From a virus, in IMG/VR virus record IMGVR_UViG_3300032087_004763, positions 78,382-142,381 of that record: 64,000 bases of DNA; one strand, given 5' to 3'. The position numbers were made by a program, and so were the translations under genes. Under the pieces are notes generated by a model, which saw only the letters and a program-made list of their open reading frames with translations, made no database searches and was not told the origin of the DNA. Below are positions 1-9,700 of this stretch, piece after piece (the stretch's first letter is position 1; every line of letters begins with the position of its first letter).

Positions 1-516
1 TTTTGTAGGCCATGTGACATCCGTCGGAAATCCTGATTGGCCTGGTATATCTCTTAAAGCTTGTCGATACGTAATCATTGCAGTTGAAGGGTTTCTATCA
101 GATACCATTTCGAAATCAGTTTGCATTAAAAGGACATCGCGCTTATTTCTTATCATATTAGCTAATTCATCATTTGACAAATCTTGAACAGTCCAACCAA
201 CTGTAATTGTAGTCTCTGTTTCTGTATTTGTCTTCACTAATTTTTGAGTTGACGTGTCATATGTAGGCTCAGTTTCGTACACAACTTCTTTTAGGCTACC
301 AGTATCAGTAGTTAACTCAAAATTACTACTGCTACTTAATTTATCCCAGTGGGAGATAGCTTCTTCTACACCTTCTTTTGCAACCTCATGTATTATTGTA
401 TCGTTAAAATCGTCAACTGCTCGTCTCACATAATAGTCTGGGTTATTCTCTTTAGAATACCGTATCATGATCTGTGAACTAACTTGATCTAATTTTGTAA
501 TTTTATATGAAATCAT
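1..516 (-). CDS. Tail fibre assembly chaperone (3'-truncated by window edge)
   Basis: Not in ORF track. Manual translation from ATG 516 is open to the edge: MISYKITK...RNKRDVLLMQTD...YRQALRDIPGQSGFPTDVTWPTK, the typical tail-assembly-chaperone C-terminus. Confidence 0.8.
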   Translation of the reverse strand, partial: MISYKITKLDQVSSQIMIRYSKENNPDYYVRRAVDDFNDTIIHEVAKEGVEEAISHWDKLSSSSNFELTTDTGSLKEVVYETEPTYDTSTQKLVKTNTETETTITVGWTVQDLSNDELANMIRNKRDVLLMQTDFEMVSDRNPSTAMITYRQALRDIPGQSGFPTDVTWPTK

Positions 517-527
517 TATAAATCCTA

Positions 528-1202
528 CTATGTAAATTTAATAAATGCCGATCCGGTATTATTACTCTGATATCGTATTGCGGTCCATAATTTTTGTAAA
601 TCATCACTTGCACTTGGATTGCTTTGTACGAAACTCCAATAATACCGGGTTGTGGATCTTTCGTTCAAAAGTCTTGTATGTGTACCATAATAGTTTCGAG
701 CTGTTCTATTAAATGAAACATCGACTGTTCCTAAACCACCAGATACACCGTCTGTTGCTTTCACGTGCATAGTGTTCCATCCATAATCAGCACTATTTGA
801 ACTCGATAGCACTAAGATAATCGGATTTCCAGAGACGCCTGTACCAGCATAGTTAGCGATTGTGAATCCAGTTATATTATTAGATATACCTGGATTAGTT
901 TTACTTATAGCACCAAAAGCTGCATACCAATCATCGGCTGGTGCTTCTGGATATAAAAAGTCTCCACCGTTCAATGCCTGATAACCGTGCCTCTCAGCTC
1001 CAAATGTAGTATCTTCTCTTACAGTAACAGTAGCGCTTCGAGTTGTGGCACCATAAAAATCATCAAGTGCTATTTCACCAGATGATGGAACACCAGTATA
1101 TCCATCAACACCATAGTACTCGTTGAGTCCGTGAGGCGTCGATCCACCAAACTCAGTTGCGATATCCTGTATGTCAATTGCTCCAGATGTTTGTAGAGGC
1201 AT
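528..1202 (-). CDS. Tail fibre tip/adhesin-like virion protein
   Basis: N-terminus MPLQTSGAI..DIATEFGG..PHGLNEYY..GVPSSGEI..DDFYG is typical of marine phage fibre-tip proteins; lies in the fibre operon. Confidence 0.6.
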   Translation of the reverse strand: MPLQTSGAIDIQDIATEFGGSTPHGLNEYYGVDGYTGVPSSGEIALDDFYGATTRSATVTVREDTTFGAERHGYQALNGGDFLYPEAPADDWYAAFGAISKTNPGISNNITGFTIANYAGTGVSGNPIILVLSSSNSADYGWNTMHVKATDGVSGGLGTVDVSFNRTARNYYGTHTRLLNERSTTRYYWSFVQSNPSASDDLQKLWTAIRYQSNNTGSAFIKFT

Positions 1203-1945
1203 TACATTGATCCATATGCTGTGACGTTTCCGACAACGGTCAGGTTGCCAGATGCATCGAGTTTCATTTTATTTGTACCACCAGTTGCAAAGTATAACAC
1301 TCCGCTTGACTCAGTGATTGTCCAGTTACCAAGATCGACTGTTGCTGCATTTACCTTTCCGCTGACAGTCAAATCATTTGATGTTGCGTTAAACGTAAGC
1401 CCAGCATCTCCGCCAAATGATCCACTGTTATTAAACTGAACTTGAGTGTTTGATCCACCCGGTGAAGTACTCCCACCACCTCCACCACCAAATGTGCCAG
1501 TAGGCAATCTATCAGAATCAATAGTACCAGCGGTAATTTTTGATGCATTGAGTGATGGTATTCTAGCTGCATCAAATGTACCAGATGTAATTTTAGACGT
1601 TGCTAGATTAGGTATGTCAGATGCCGATAAAGATAATCTAGCTGAAGGAACTGTACCACTACTAAGTTTCGATGCATTTAAATTAGTTAGGCTTGCGCCA
1701 GATCCAGAAAACGTTGTTCCTGTTACAGTACCACTTACAATGACACCAGCTGCATCAGTCTTTAGCTTTGTACTACCTTGGTGCATTAACTCAAAGGTAC
1801 CATCACTATCCTTAGTAGTCAGCTTTGTTGCTCTTTCTTCTTTCTTAGATATAGCAGCTACAAATTCATCGGAGTCTGCAGCAGTGAATGCTACTACAGA
1901 CTTAGTCTTAGTACGAGGATTATATACGGTCTTAAATTTTGCCAT
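1202..1945 (-). CDS. Tail fibre protein
   Basis: L(N/A)xSK(I/L)TSGT repeats and PGGSNTQVQFNNSGSFGG fibre motif. Confidence 0.75.
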   Translation of the reverse strand: MAKFKTVYNPRTKTKSVVAFTAADSDEFVAAISKKEERATKLTTKDSDGTFELMHQGSTKLKTDAAGVIVSGTVTGTTFSGSGASLTNLNASKLSSGTVPSARLSLSASDIPNLATSKITSGTFDAARIPSLNASKITAGTIDSDRLPTGTFGGGGGGSTSPGGSNTQVQFNNSGSFGGDAGLTFNATSNDLTVSGKVNAATVDLGNWTITESSGVLYFATGGTNKMKLDASGNLTVVGNVTAYGSM

Positions 1946-3804
1946 TAGGAAATTACTCCGAATTCTTCTGTAAGCGACCCTGTTAAGCCTGTTATATTAT
2001 TAGCAGATCCGCTCGAAAATGTTATCGAGTATGGAACAAAACTTGTTGCATGCCCTTGAAAAAAGTAAGGTCCGTTGAAATCATCAGCCACAAGGTTTAC
2101 TACCCAATCATTAGTATCAGTTTGGTACATATCTAGCGTAAAGCTTCTAATTGAATAATTTGAACCAAGCCCTGTTAAAAGATCAGTAGTACTAGCAGAT
2201 GCTTTAGTGCCTAAAGTTGAGTTATAATATACTCCGGTCCAAGTAACAGATGCACCACTTGTTTGAACAGTCAATATCGGGCTATTTGGACCACTCGAAG
2301 CTGTAATATCGTGAGCTACCCATCTCAAATGTGTCTGAGCTGATGTTGATGCATTTGGCACCGAGTTAGAAATAGTTAAACTAGTAGCCGCATTACCGCT
2401 TGTCGTAATATCAGTATACAATTTAACAGGAACGCTACCGGTGTTATCAGGAAAAGTAATTGTTCGATCAGCTGTTGGATCAGTAACAGTGAGTGTTGTT
2501 TCGTGTGCGTCTGCTGTAGCACCTTCAAATATAATATCTCCTGTTATATCAATCTGGCCCGTGACATTAATACCTGCGGAGTCTGTTTCAAGCTTTACGC
2601 CATTATTAGCACGAAGTGCGCACTTAGTTGTTACACCTCCTTCAAATGAAGCTGCTATTTGCGATGTACCATTATTATTAGTTGTAATTATTTGAATATC
2701 GTCGGTCTGCTTACGAGCCCAAATATAATTAAATCCGGGCGTATGTAACATAACAAGATCATCTTCGTCGCCCATTCCTAATACGCCTGCACCTAATGTG
2801 TTACCACTGATCACACTTAAAGCATTACCATCGTTTCTTAACAATAATGACGGCGGAGAGGTAGCACCTGTCTCGAGAACGACATCTTCATACATGCTAA
2901 CACTATTTGAATCAAATGTTGCAACTGGAAAATTATTTGTTCTAATAGAAACATGTTGACCGGCTCTTGCATTCAATATTGTTTTACCAGCAGAGTCTTG
3001 GTAAAGTGCAGTACGATCAATATGGCCACCCTGATCCTCATGACAAAATACTGCAACGTTAGTAGCACCTGCAAATCCACCACCAACTTTCGCGCGCCCA
3101 AAAGTTGCATGGAGATCTTGGCTAGGATGCCCTTGGATACTATTATCTGCAACTTTTAAAGCTGTTGTGCCAGCAACTTGAAGTAATAAATCACCAGTTC
3201 CATTTTCATTAATTATACTATTACTTCCATTATGAAAAATTTCAAGATCGCTACTAGTACCGAAATTAAGTTTTTCATTATCATTGAATACAACAGTCTT
3301 GACACCGGCAGAATCTAGACCGCTACCACCACCAAATACGCCAAGTGGTAATCTTGCAGAGTCAATTGTACCACTACCAATATTGTCTGCATTTAAAGAT
3401 GTAAGCGCCGATCCAGAACCGTAGAACCTACCGTCAGTAGTGGTTATATCACCGGTAACCGTGATTGAGTCAGCGTTGAGTCCACCAGTTATCTGAACGA
3501 TATGTTTAGCTGTGTCAGTACTTGAGTCAGTACCAATGAGAACATGACCTGAGAACTCTGCTAAACGAATCTCACCGTCGTCATCAACTTCGATTGATGG
3601 GATACCTGAGATATCGTTGACCGAGAATATAGTTCCACCCATACTATCGGCAATAGAGAAAAGCTGACCAACCTGACCTTCGAATGATAACGTGTCACTC
3701 GACAACATATTTGCTGTGATAGTATTGGTTTTGTCTGAATCGACGAATGCGATGTTTTGTGATTGTAGTCCGTTCTTGACTACAAATCTTTTGTCGTTAG
3801 CCAT
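1945..3804 (-). CDS. Tail fibre protein
   Basis: MANDKRFVVKNGL N-terminus; LSFEGQVGQLFSI and FEGATADAHETTLTVTDPTADRTITFPD fibre modules. Start taken at ATG 3804. Confidence 0.8.
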   Translation of the reverse strand: MANDKRFVVKNGLQSQNIAFVDSDKTNTITANMLSSDTLSFEGQVGQLFSIADSMGGTIFSVNDISGIPSIEVDDDGEIRLAEFSGHVLIGTDSSTDTAKHIVQITGGLNADSITVTGDITTTDGRFYGSGSALTSLNADNIGSGTIDSARLPLGVFGGGSGLDSAGVKTVVFNDNEKLNFGTSSDLEIFHNGSNSIINENGTGDLLLQVAGTTALKVADNSIQGHPSQDLHATFGRAKVGGGFAGATNVAVFCHEDQGGHIDRTALYQDSAGKTILNARAGQHVSIRTNNFPVATFDSNSVSMYEDVVLETGATSPPSLLLRNDGNALSVISGNTLGAGVLGMGDEDDLVMLHTPGFNYIWARKQTDDIQIITTNNNGTSQIAASFEGGVTTKCALRANNGVKLETDSAGINVTGQIDITGDIIFEGATADAHETTLTVTDPTADRTITFPDNTGSVPVKLYTDITTSGNAATSLTISNSVPNASTSAQTHLRWVAHDITASSGPNSPILTVQTSGASVTWTGVYYNSTLGTKASASTTDLLTGLGSNYSIRSFTLDMYQTDTNDWVVNLVADDFNGPYFFQGHATSFVPYSITFSSGSANNITGLTGSLTEEFGVIS

Positions 3805-3829
3805 CCGGTTCACTCTCCCCTGTTATGGC
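3800..3829 (-). promoter_or_regulatory. Leader hairpin GCCAU-20 nt-AUGGC enclosing GGGGAGAGUGAACC and the start codon
   Basis: 5-bp inverted repeat whose 3' arm contains the AUG; sits just downstream of late promoter 3839-3846. Confidence 0.4.
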
Positions 3830-3838
3830 GTTTACTTT

Positions 3839-3846
3839 TATTTATA
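3839..3846 (-). promoter_or_regulatory. T4-type late promoter TATAAATA
   Basis: Exact gp55-type consensus upstream of a fibre gene. Confidence 0.7.
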
Positions 3847-4501
3847 TTGGAAACCTTCCACGTAACGCATTATAATTTTGTTTAACTTCATCGGCACTTA
3901 ACATTCTATTATATGCTGTAAAATGTAGTAGATCACCTTTTAATTCATTTCCAGAATATGAATTACATATTTTAGTAAAATTTAAACTTGCAGATGAATT
4001 GTAACCAGATAGAGTGGTTGCCTGTACACCATCTCGATAAATGTATCCAACTCCACTTCCATCTTGTCCTGCTACAATATACCTCCATGTATCAGCTGAT
4101 AATGTAGTACTCATTGACTTAGATACATCATTGTCTTTAAAAGAAAACGTTGTGCTATTTTGTCCGTATATTCCTATTTCATAATTTGCATTAGCATTAT
4201 CATCTTTAAATAAAAAATTCCACCAAGTTTCTTCTTGAGATGATGGTACTCGTACAATAAAAGATATACAAAATCCAGTTGAACCACTCAGACTTGTTGA
4301 AGATGACATAGTAATGCCATCACCTGTTCCATTTGCTTGAAGACCAGCTGATCGATCAATGGTTGATCCAGTAATTGTGCCAGTTTTGGATCCAACAGTG
4401 TCTGTAATAGATGAACCAGATTCATAACTTTTTTTACTACTAAAATCAATAGAGAAAGCAATATTATTTTTTGCAATGTTAGGTCCAGAATGTGCAGCCA
4501 T
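3842..4501 (-). CDS. LamG/concanavalin A-like lectin domain virion protein
   Basis: W.YIVA...IYRDG and YNRMLSADEVKQNYNALRGRF motifs. Confidence 0.8.
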   Translation of the reverse strand: MAAHSGPNIAKNNIAFSIDFSSKKSYESGSSITDTVGSKTGTITGSTIDRSAGLQANGTGDGITMSSSTSLSGSTGFCISFIVRVPSSQEETWWNFLFKDDNANANYEIGIYGQNSTTFSFKDNDVSKSMSTTLSADTWRYIVAGQDGSGVGYIYRDGVQATTLSGYNSSASLNFTKICNSYSGNELKGDLLHFTAYNRMLSADEVKQNYNALRGRFPI

Positions 4502-5205
4502 TAGAGCCCGAACCTCCCTCGTAATGCATTATAGTTTTGTTTGACTTCGGATGATGATAATGATTTATTGTATAGTCTAATACTATAACACCCCATGTCT
4601 GCTGCTTGGCTAGCGGCAAAACCACCAAGAACTGAATCTTGTTCTTGGTTCAATACCCATCCCTCTGTTGATGTTAAATTATTTGCAGCCGTATAATTGC
4701 CACTAAGCACTCCGTTTTTATAATAATCTTGTGAACTTCCTTTGTGTACAATAGTTAATAAAAGTTTTTCACCGGCTGAATACGATATATCAGAACCTGA
4801 GTTTTTTGATTCATTAAAAGGAGTAATCTTTGAGTCAGCTTGTCTTGCAATGTAATAATTATTATCTGATGTTGTGGCCATACTATTAAAATATGTTGGA
4901 GCAGCAGAGGAAGGAGTGGCATCAAGTCGAATCCAAAATTCTAATGACCAGTAAGTTCCATCAGATAAATTGTTTAAAGCACTAACAGGTAAAGTAATGT
5001 AGTCAGAAGTTTGAGAACCGTTCATATTAAAACATCCCAAATTTTCTGTTGTGTGTGACACAGAACCAACTATAGATGCATTATATGCATTCCCACTTAA
5101 ATCACTCCAAGTAGTTCCACTGCCTGAATACGATCTCGTATTAGCAGCATCTAAACAAAGTTGCAATCCATCTGTCACAATCCTAGAACCGTGATTCAAG
5201 CTCAT
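4501..5205 (-). CDS. LamG/concanavalin A-like lectin domain virion protein
   Basis: IVTDGLQLCLDAAN.RSYSGSGTTWSDLSGN N-terminus and LSSSEVKQNYNALRGRF C-terminus. Confidence 0.85.
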   Translation of the reverse strand: MSLNHGSRIVTDGLQLCLDAANTRSYSGSGTTWSDLSGNAYNASIVGSVSHTTENLGCFNMNGSQTSDYITLPVSALNNLSDGTYWSLEFWIRLDATPSSAAPTYFNSMATTSDNNYYIARQADSKITPFNESKNSGSDISYSAGEKLLLTIVHKGSSQDYYKNGVLSGNYTAANNLTSTEGWVLNQEQDSVLGGFAASQAADMGCYSIRLYNKSLSSSEVKQNYNALRGRFGL

Positions 5206-5977
5206 AGACCAAACCTTCCTTTCATCGCATTATAATTTTGCTTCAGCTCATCAGCCGACAATCCTCGGCCATACGCAGAGATAGTAGCAATCAACGAATT
5301 TAATACGGGTGCTGAACCAATATTTCCACTTGTATTCACATTTCTTGATCCAATTGCAATATCATTCGTAGTACCGTTTCTAGTTCTTGTAATACTGCTA
5401 AAAGCTCCTGTTTTTATTTGAACTGCATCGATATATAATCTGGCAGTAGTTCCATCTCCTGTATATGCAATATGCATCCATCGACCAGTGAGATCAGTAT
5501 TAGAATATCCAGTAACAGTATTTGCTCTCATTAAAATATAACCACCACTTGGATTAGAAGACTCAGCAGTTGCTGAAACTGATTCAATTCCTCCTGCAGT
5601 ATCAATCCATAATCCATTCGTAGCACCAGAATACCAACCGCTTTGTGCTTTATTAATCAGCGTACCATAATTCCCTAAAGATTGAACATACACCCAACCA
5701 CAAAGAGTAAAGTTAGTTGATGAACCAAACACTGCAGATTCAATTTCTGAATCATGAGGTACTGATGCATAACTTCCGCTGTCAAAGTCAAGCGAACCTT
5801 TATTGTTTGCATCGAATGATGCCAATGGGCTACCTTTAGTAGTCGCATTCCTTCCGTTACCACTTAGATCTGTCCAAGTTGTACCACTACCTGGATATGA
5901 TCTAGAATTTGCTGCGTCTAGATGCAACATAAGACTATCAGTTACAATTCTAGAACCGTGATTCAAGCTCATAGACC
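5183..5977. repeat. 28-bp exact direct repeat (5183-5210 and 5950-5977) spanning LamG gene junctions
   Basis: ctagaaccgtgattcaagctcatagacc occurs at both junctions. Confidence 0.9.
5202..5972 (-). CDS. LamG/concanavalin A-like lectin domain virion protein
   Basis: Paralogue of neighbours; WMHIAYT..DG..ARLYID LamG motif. Confidence 0.85.
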   Translation of the reverse strand: MSLNHGSRIVTDSLMLHLDAANSRSYPGSGTTWTDLSGNGRNATTKGSPLASFDANNKGSLDFDSGSYASVPHDSEIESAVFGSSTNFTLCGWVYVQSLGNYGTLINKAQSGWYSGATNGLWIDTAGGIESVSATAESSNPSGGYILMRANTVTGYSNTDLTGRWMHIAYTGDGTTARLYIDAVQIKTGAFSSITRTRNGTTNDIAIGSRNVNTSGNIGSAPVLNSLIATISAYGRGLSADELKQNYNAMKGRFGL

Positions 5978-6766
5978 GAACCTCGCTTTCTGTGCATTGT
6001 AATTCTGTAGAACCTCGTCAGCTGACAAAGCCTTTCCGTATATCCTGCAGATATCGATATATCCATACCACCCGTTATTAAACTGCACTGTACCCTCAAC
6101 ATTGCTACTAATTGCAAATGGTCTAGCGGTATCATCACCGTATGTTGCTTCTGTAAGCGAGGTAGTACCAGTTGTCTTTGCTTCACCGTTGATGTAAAGA
6201 ACCCTTTTACCTGTTCCACCATCATACGTTCCAACAATATGAAACCATTTGTTAAAGTAGTCTGCATCGCTAGTAAAATTAAATCTTGTACCCACGGCTG
6301 CATTATTTGGGTTTATTTGAAATTCAACTCTGTTATGTCCTGGGGTTGCACTACTTGCTCCATCTTTTCTCACAGCAAGCCCTGTATAATCACTGAAATC
6401 AGTAGACATAATTCTATATAATGATCCGCTGCCATCTCCTAAAGAATACACCCACGCTTCATATGTCAACCTTCCAGTAGTTTCACCTAGATATAAACTT
6501 GGATCTTTTGAGATATTGCTTTCAGGAAAAGCAATCGCAGTAGTTCCACTTTGTGCAAACAGCAAATGTCTTTGGCCAGGGAATGTAGTATCATCTACAG
6601 TAGGTGCATTACTTCCTGCACCATCACCGAATGTTCCGTGATATCCTTGACCAGACATATCAAAATATGTTACGCCAGATCCAGGATAAGATTTTTTGTT
6701 TGCAATGTCAACATGCAACACAAGTTTGTCAAGAACAATTCTATTTGAATTATATACAATCGCCAT
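5969..6766 (-). CDS. LamG/concanavalin A-like lectin domain virion protein
   Basis: WFHIVGTYDG...LYING and RIYGKALSADEVLQNY motifs. Confidence 0.85.
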   Translation of the reverse strand: MAIVYNSNRIVLDKLVLHVDIANKKSYPGSGVTYFDMSGQGYHGTFGDGAGSNAPTVDDTTFPGQRHLLFAQSGTTAIAFPESNISKDPSLYLGETTGRLTYEAWVYSLGDGSGSLYRIMSTDFSDYTGLAVRKDGASSATPGHNRVEFQINPNNAAVGTRFNFTSDADYFNKWFHIVGTYDGGTGKRVLYINGEAKTTGTTSLTEATYGDDTARPFAISSNVEGTVQFNNGWYGYIDICRIYGKALSADEVLQNYNAQKARFGL

Positions 6767-6768
6767 TC

Positions 6769-9700
6769 TTAGGCCTCAATCAATGTTTCTACAACTTTGT
6801 ATCTTGTCGATGTCGCACTTGTACCGGTTGCAAGAAGTCTTACATCTGATCCGCTAATATCAACATCGTATGTTGCAAGATCACTGTCAGTCGTAATCGT
6901 ACCATACTCAGTCGCAACCGCGGTTGTTCCATCATGTGTCACGAGTAATTCAGAGATCTGTCTCTTCGTACCTTGTGATGCAGTCACGATAAACTTCGCA
7001 CCGCAATAGGATGCATGAGCAAATTCAGCGATCGATGTCTGACTAACAGATGCGACCTCGGCTGAATCACCATCGAGTGTATACGATCCGAATGCACCTA
7101 TTGTGACAGGAACATCAATATCAAATGAAGATCCAGATAACGTCATCTTCTGACCGTTATTAATTCTGAAATTCATATTCTGGCCACTAGAAGCATTTAA
7201 CCATACTTGACCACTTCCATTCTGTATTAGTGCATAGTCATTTGTGCTATTTTTATCTACATGACTAAATCCGGCAATATCGCTAAAACCCATGTAACCG
7301 ATATGAGCTCTACCGATAACAGCTGAGATATCAGTGTCTGGGTATACCTCAAACTTTTCAGTAGGACTCGTAGTACCGAGACCTAAGTTACCCGCACTTA
7401 TGTGATTATCAGTGCCGTCAGTGTAAAATGCTATTTTTTCTACACCCGAGTCATACATGTGGAATCTACCACCATTAGTAGATTTTTCAGCGATTCTTAC
7501 AATATCATTAGTACTTGAATTTGCTTGAATAGATAAACCAGATGAGGTAGAAGATACTGAACTAGATTTTATTGTTAAAGGAGATGTAGGAGCAGTTAAG
7601 CCGATACCAACACGATTGTTTGCTGCATCAACATGTAATGTATTCGTGTCAACCGTGAGATCATTGACAACTGTTAGATCGCCAGAATTACTCAGGATCA
7701 TTTTGTTACTGTTATTGTGCTGATTAACAGTACCGAAATTAAAATGTAAAGATCCATCCCCGGCGCCGCCAGTGGTCTTTCTAGCAATACTCCACACATC
7801 AGTGTTAGCAGATGTACTAGCACCTTCAACAAAGTTAATAGAACTTCCCCAAGTACCATCAGATGATGACACGAGATCAAACTGAGCATCTGTTGCTTCT
7901 ACTACAGCTACACCATAAGTTGTCGCGACACCGACATTTTGATCTACAATATGGAAGCTTCTCTGTGGTGAAGCCACGTTAATACCAACTTTATTATTAG
8001 CAGCATCAACGACTAGTGTATTCGTGTCAACCGTGAGATTACCTGATATCGTAGCAGAGTCAGCATTCACAGTACCAGTAACGGTGACACCGTAAGGCGT
8101 GGTTTCTAACTTTTTAGCGGTGCTCTCATATAGTTCAACGCCATTAGTACCACCAAATATTTTGGTGTGATTAATCAGAGCTGTACCTGATTGACCAATT
8201 TCTAACGCATTGCTTTGATTCCATTCAAGTAATGTTCTAATATATCCGTTATCAGCACCGATAATTCTAGTACCAGTAGTTAATGCTATACCAACATCAT
8301 TAGCTGTATCAGGGCCCCCTCCGGCCGGATCATAAGTTACACCACCACTAAGTTCAATAGCGGCTGTACTTTGAATCAATTCACTAGTAGAGAATCCAAG
8401 AGAATCCCCAAGAATAACATTACCGCCAATACCGAGTTCACCATTAACTGAACCAGCATCACCGATATCTAATCTTGGTGTAGAGTCGGCACTTGGCTGG
8501 AATGTGATCATCGCAGACATATCACGTGGTGTGCCACCAGTACCGGCATCATACTGACCGATACCTACTCGGTTTCCGTTTGTCAGCATATACATTGCAG
8601 TACCGCTCTGCTGACTACGCATCAATATATTTGGATGCCAACCAGTGTACGCAGCGTTTGGTCTTAATTCTATATTGGTCTGGCCAGGAGTTCTTTCGTA
8701 TCTCCATGTGCCGGTAAGATTACTAGTACTACTAGTGGTGGTTTGAGTAACTATACCTGTAAGATTCAGAGGACCAGTTGATACTGAGTCCGAGACAAGA
8801 CTACCAGTGACAGTGGCACCGTAAGCCGTTGTTTCTAACTTCTTACTATTGTCATGGTATACTTCTACTGCTCCGTCACCTTTACATATGAGGAAGTTTT
8901 CAGTACTTCCTGACTTTCGTAGATATAACCAGTTTCCGCGAATTATAGTTGAGCCGGTTCCATCAATAAAATTAATATTTGACGAATTGTTGTGGTATAT
9001 TTTTAAATCTTCACCAGCACCAAACGTTAACCTATTAAGATCACCTAAATTAATAGAATCAGCTACAAGACTACCAGTAACAGTGACACCACCTTCTGTA
9101 GTTTCAAGTCGAGTTACGTTATCATATCTAAGCTTCACGTCACCATTTGCAGTGAATGATGCCATTTGTTCATTGTCAGCTGGATTCTTAAATAAAATCT
9201 GGCTGGTTTTAAAAATTAAAGAACCGGTTCCACCTTCATCAATGTAGCTATGAGAGCCATTATGATAAATCTGGAGGTCATTAGCATCTCCAAGTTTTAT
9301 TCTTGCATTATCGGCTAGACTAATTGAGTCAGCTATAAGACTACCGGTAACAGTAACGCCATCTGATTCAGTGGTAAGCTTCTCGGTACCGTAGTAATAG
9401 AGTCTAACTTTACCTTCACTTCCATCAGCCTTAAAATATAAAGCTGTGGAACCAGTACCGTCATCTGTTCTTATACTAACATCTTGATCATTCGCGTTTT
9501 GTGTTATCTGCAATTCGCCAGTGTAACTTCGAATTCTTGAAACACTTCCAGTATGATCAAGTCTTAAATCATTATTGTCACCTAAATTTATTAAACCGTC
9601 ATCTGGCAAGGTTAGATTTGTAACAGTTGCAGAGTCAGCTACGAGACTACCAACTACATTTACACCACCTTCTGTTGTCGCAAATCTTTCTACACCGTTA

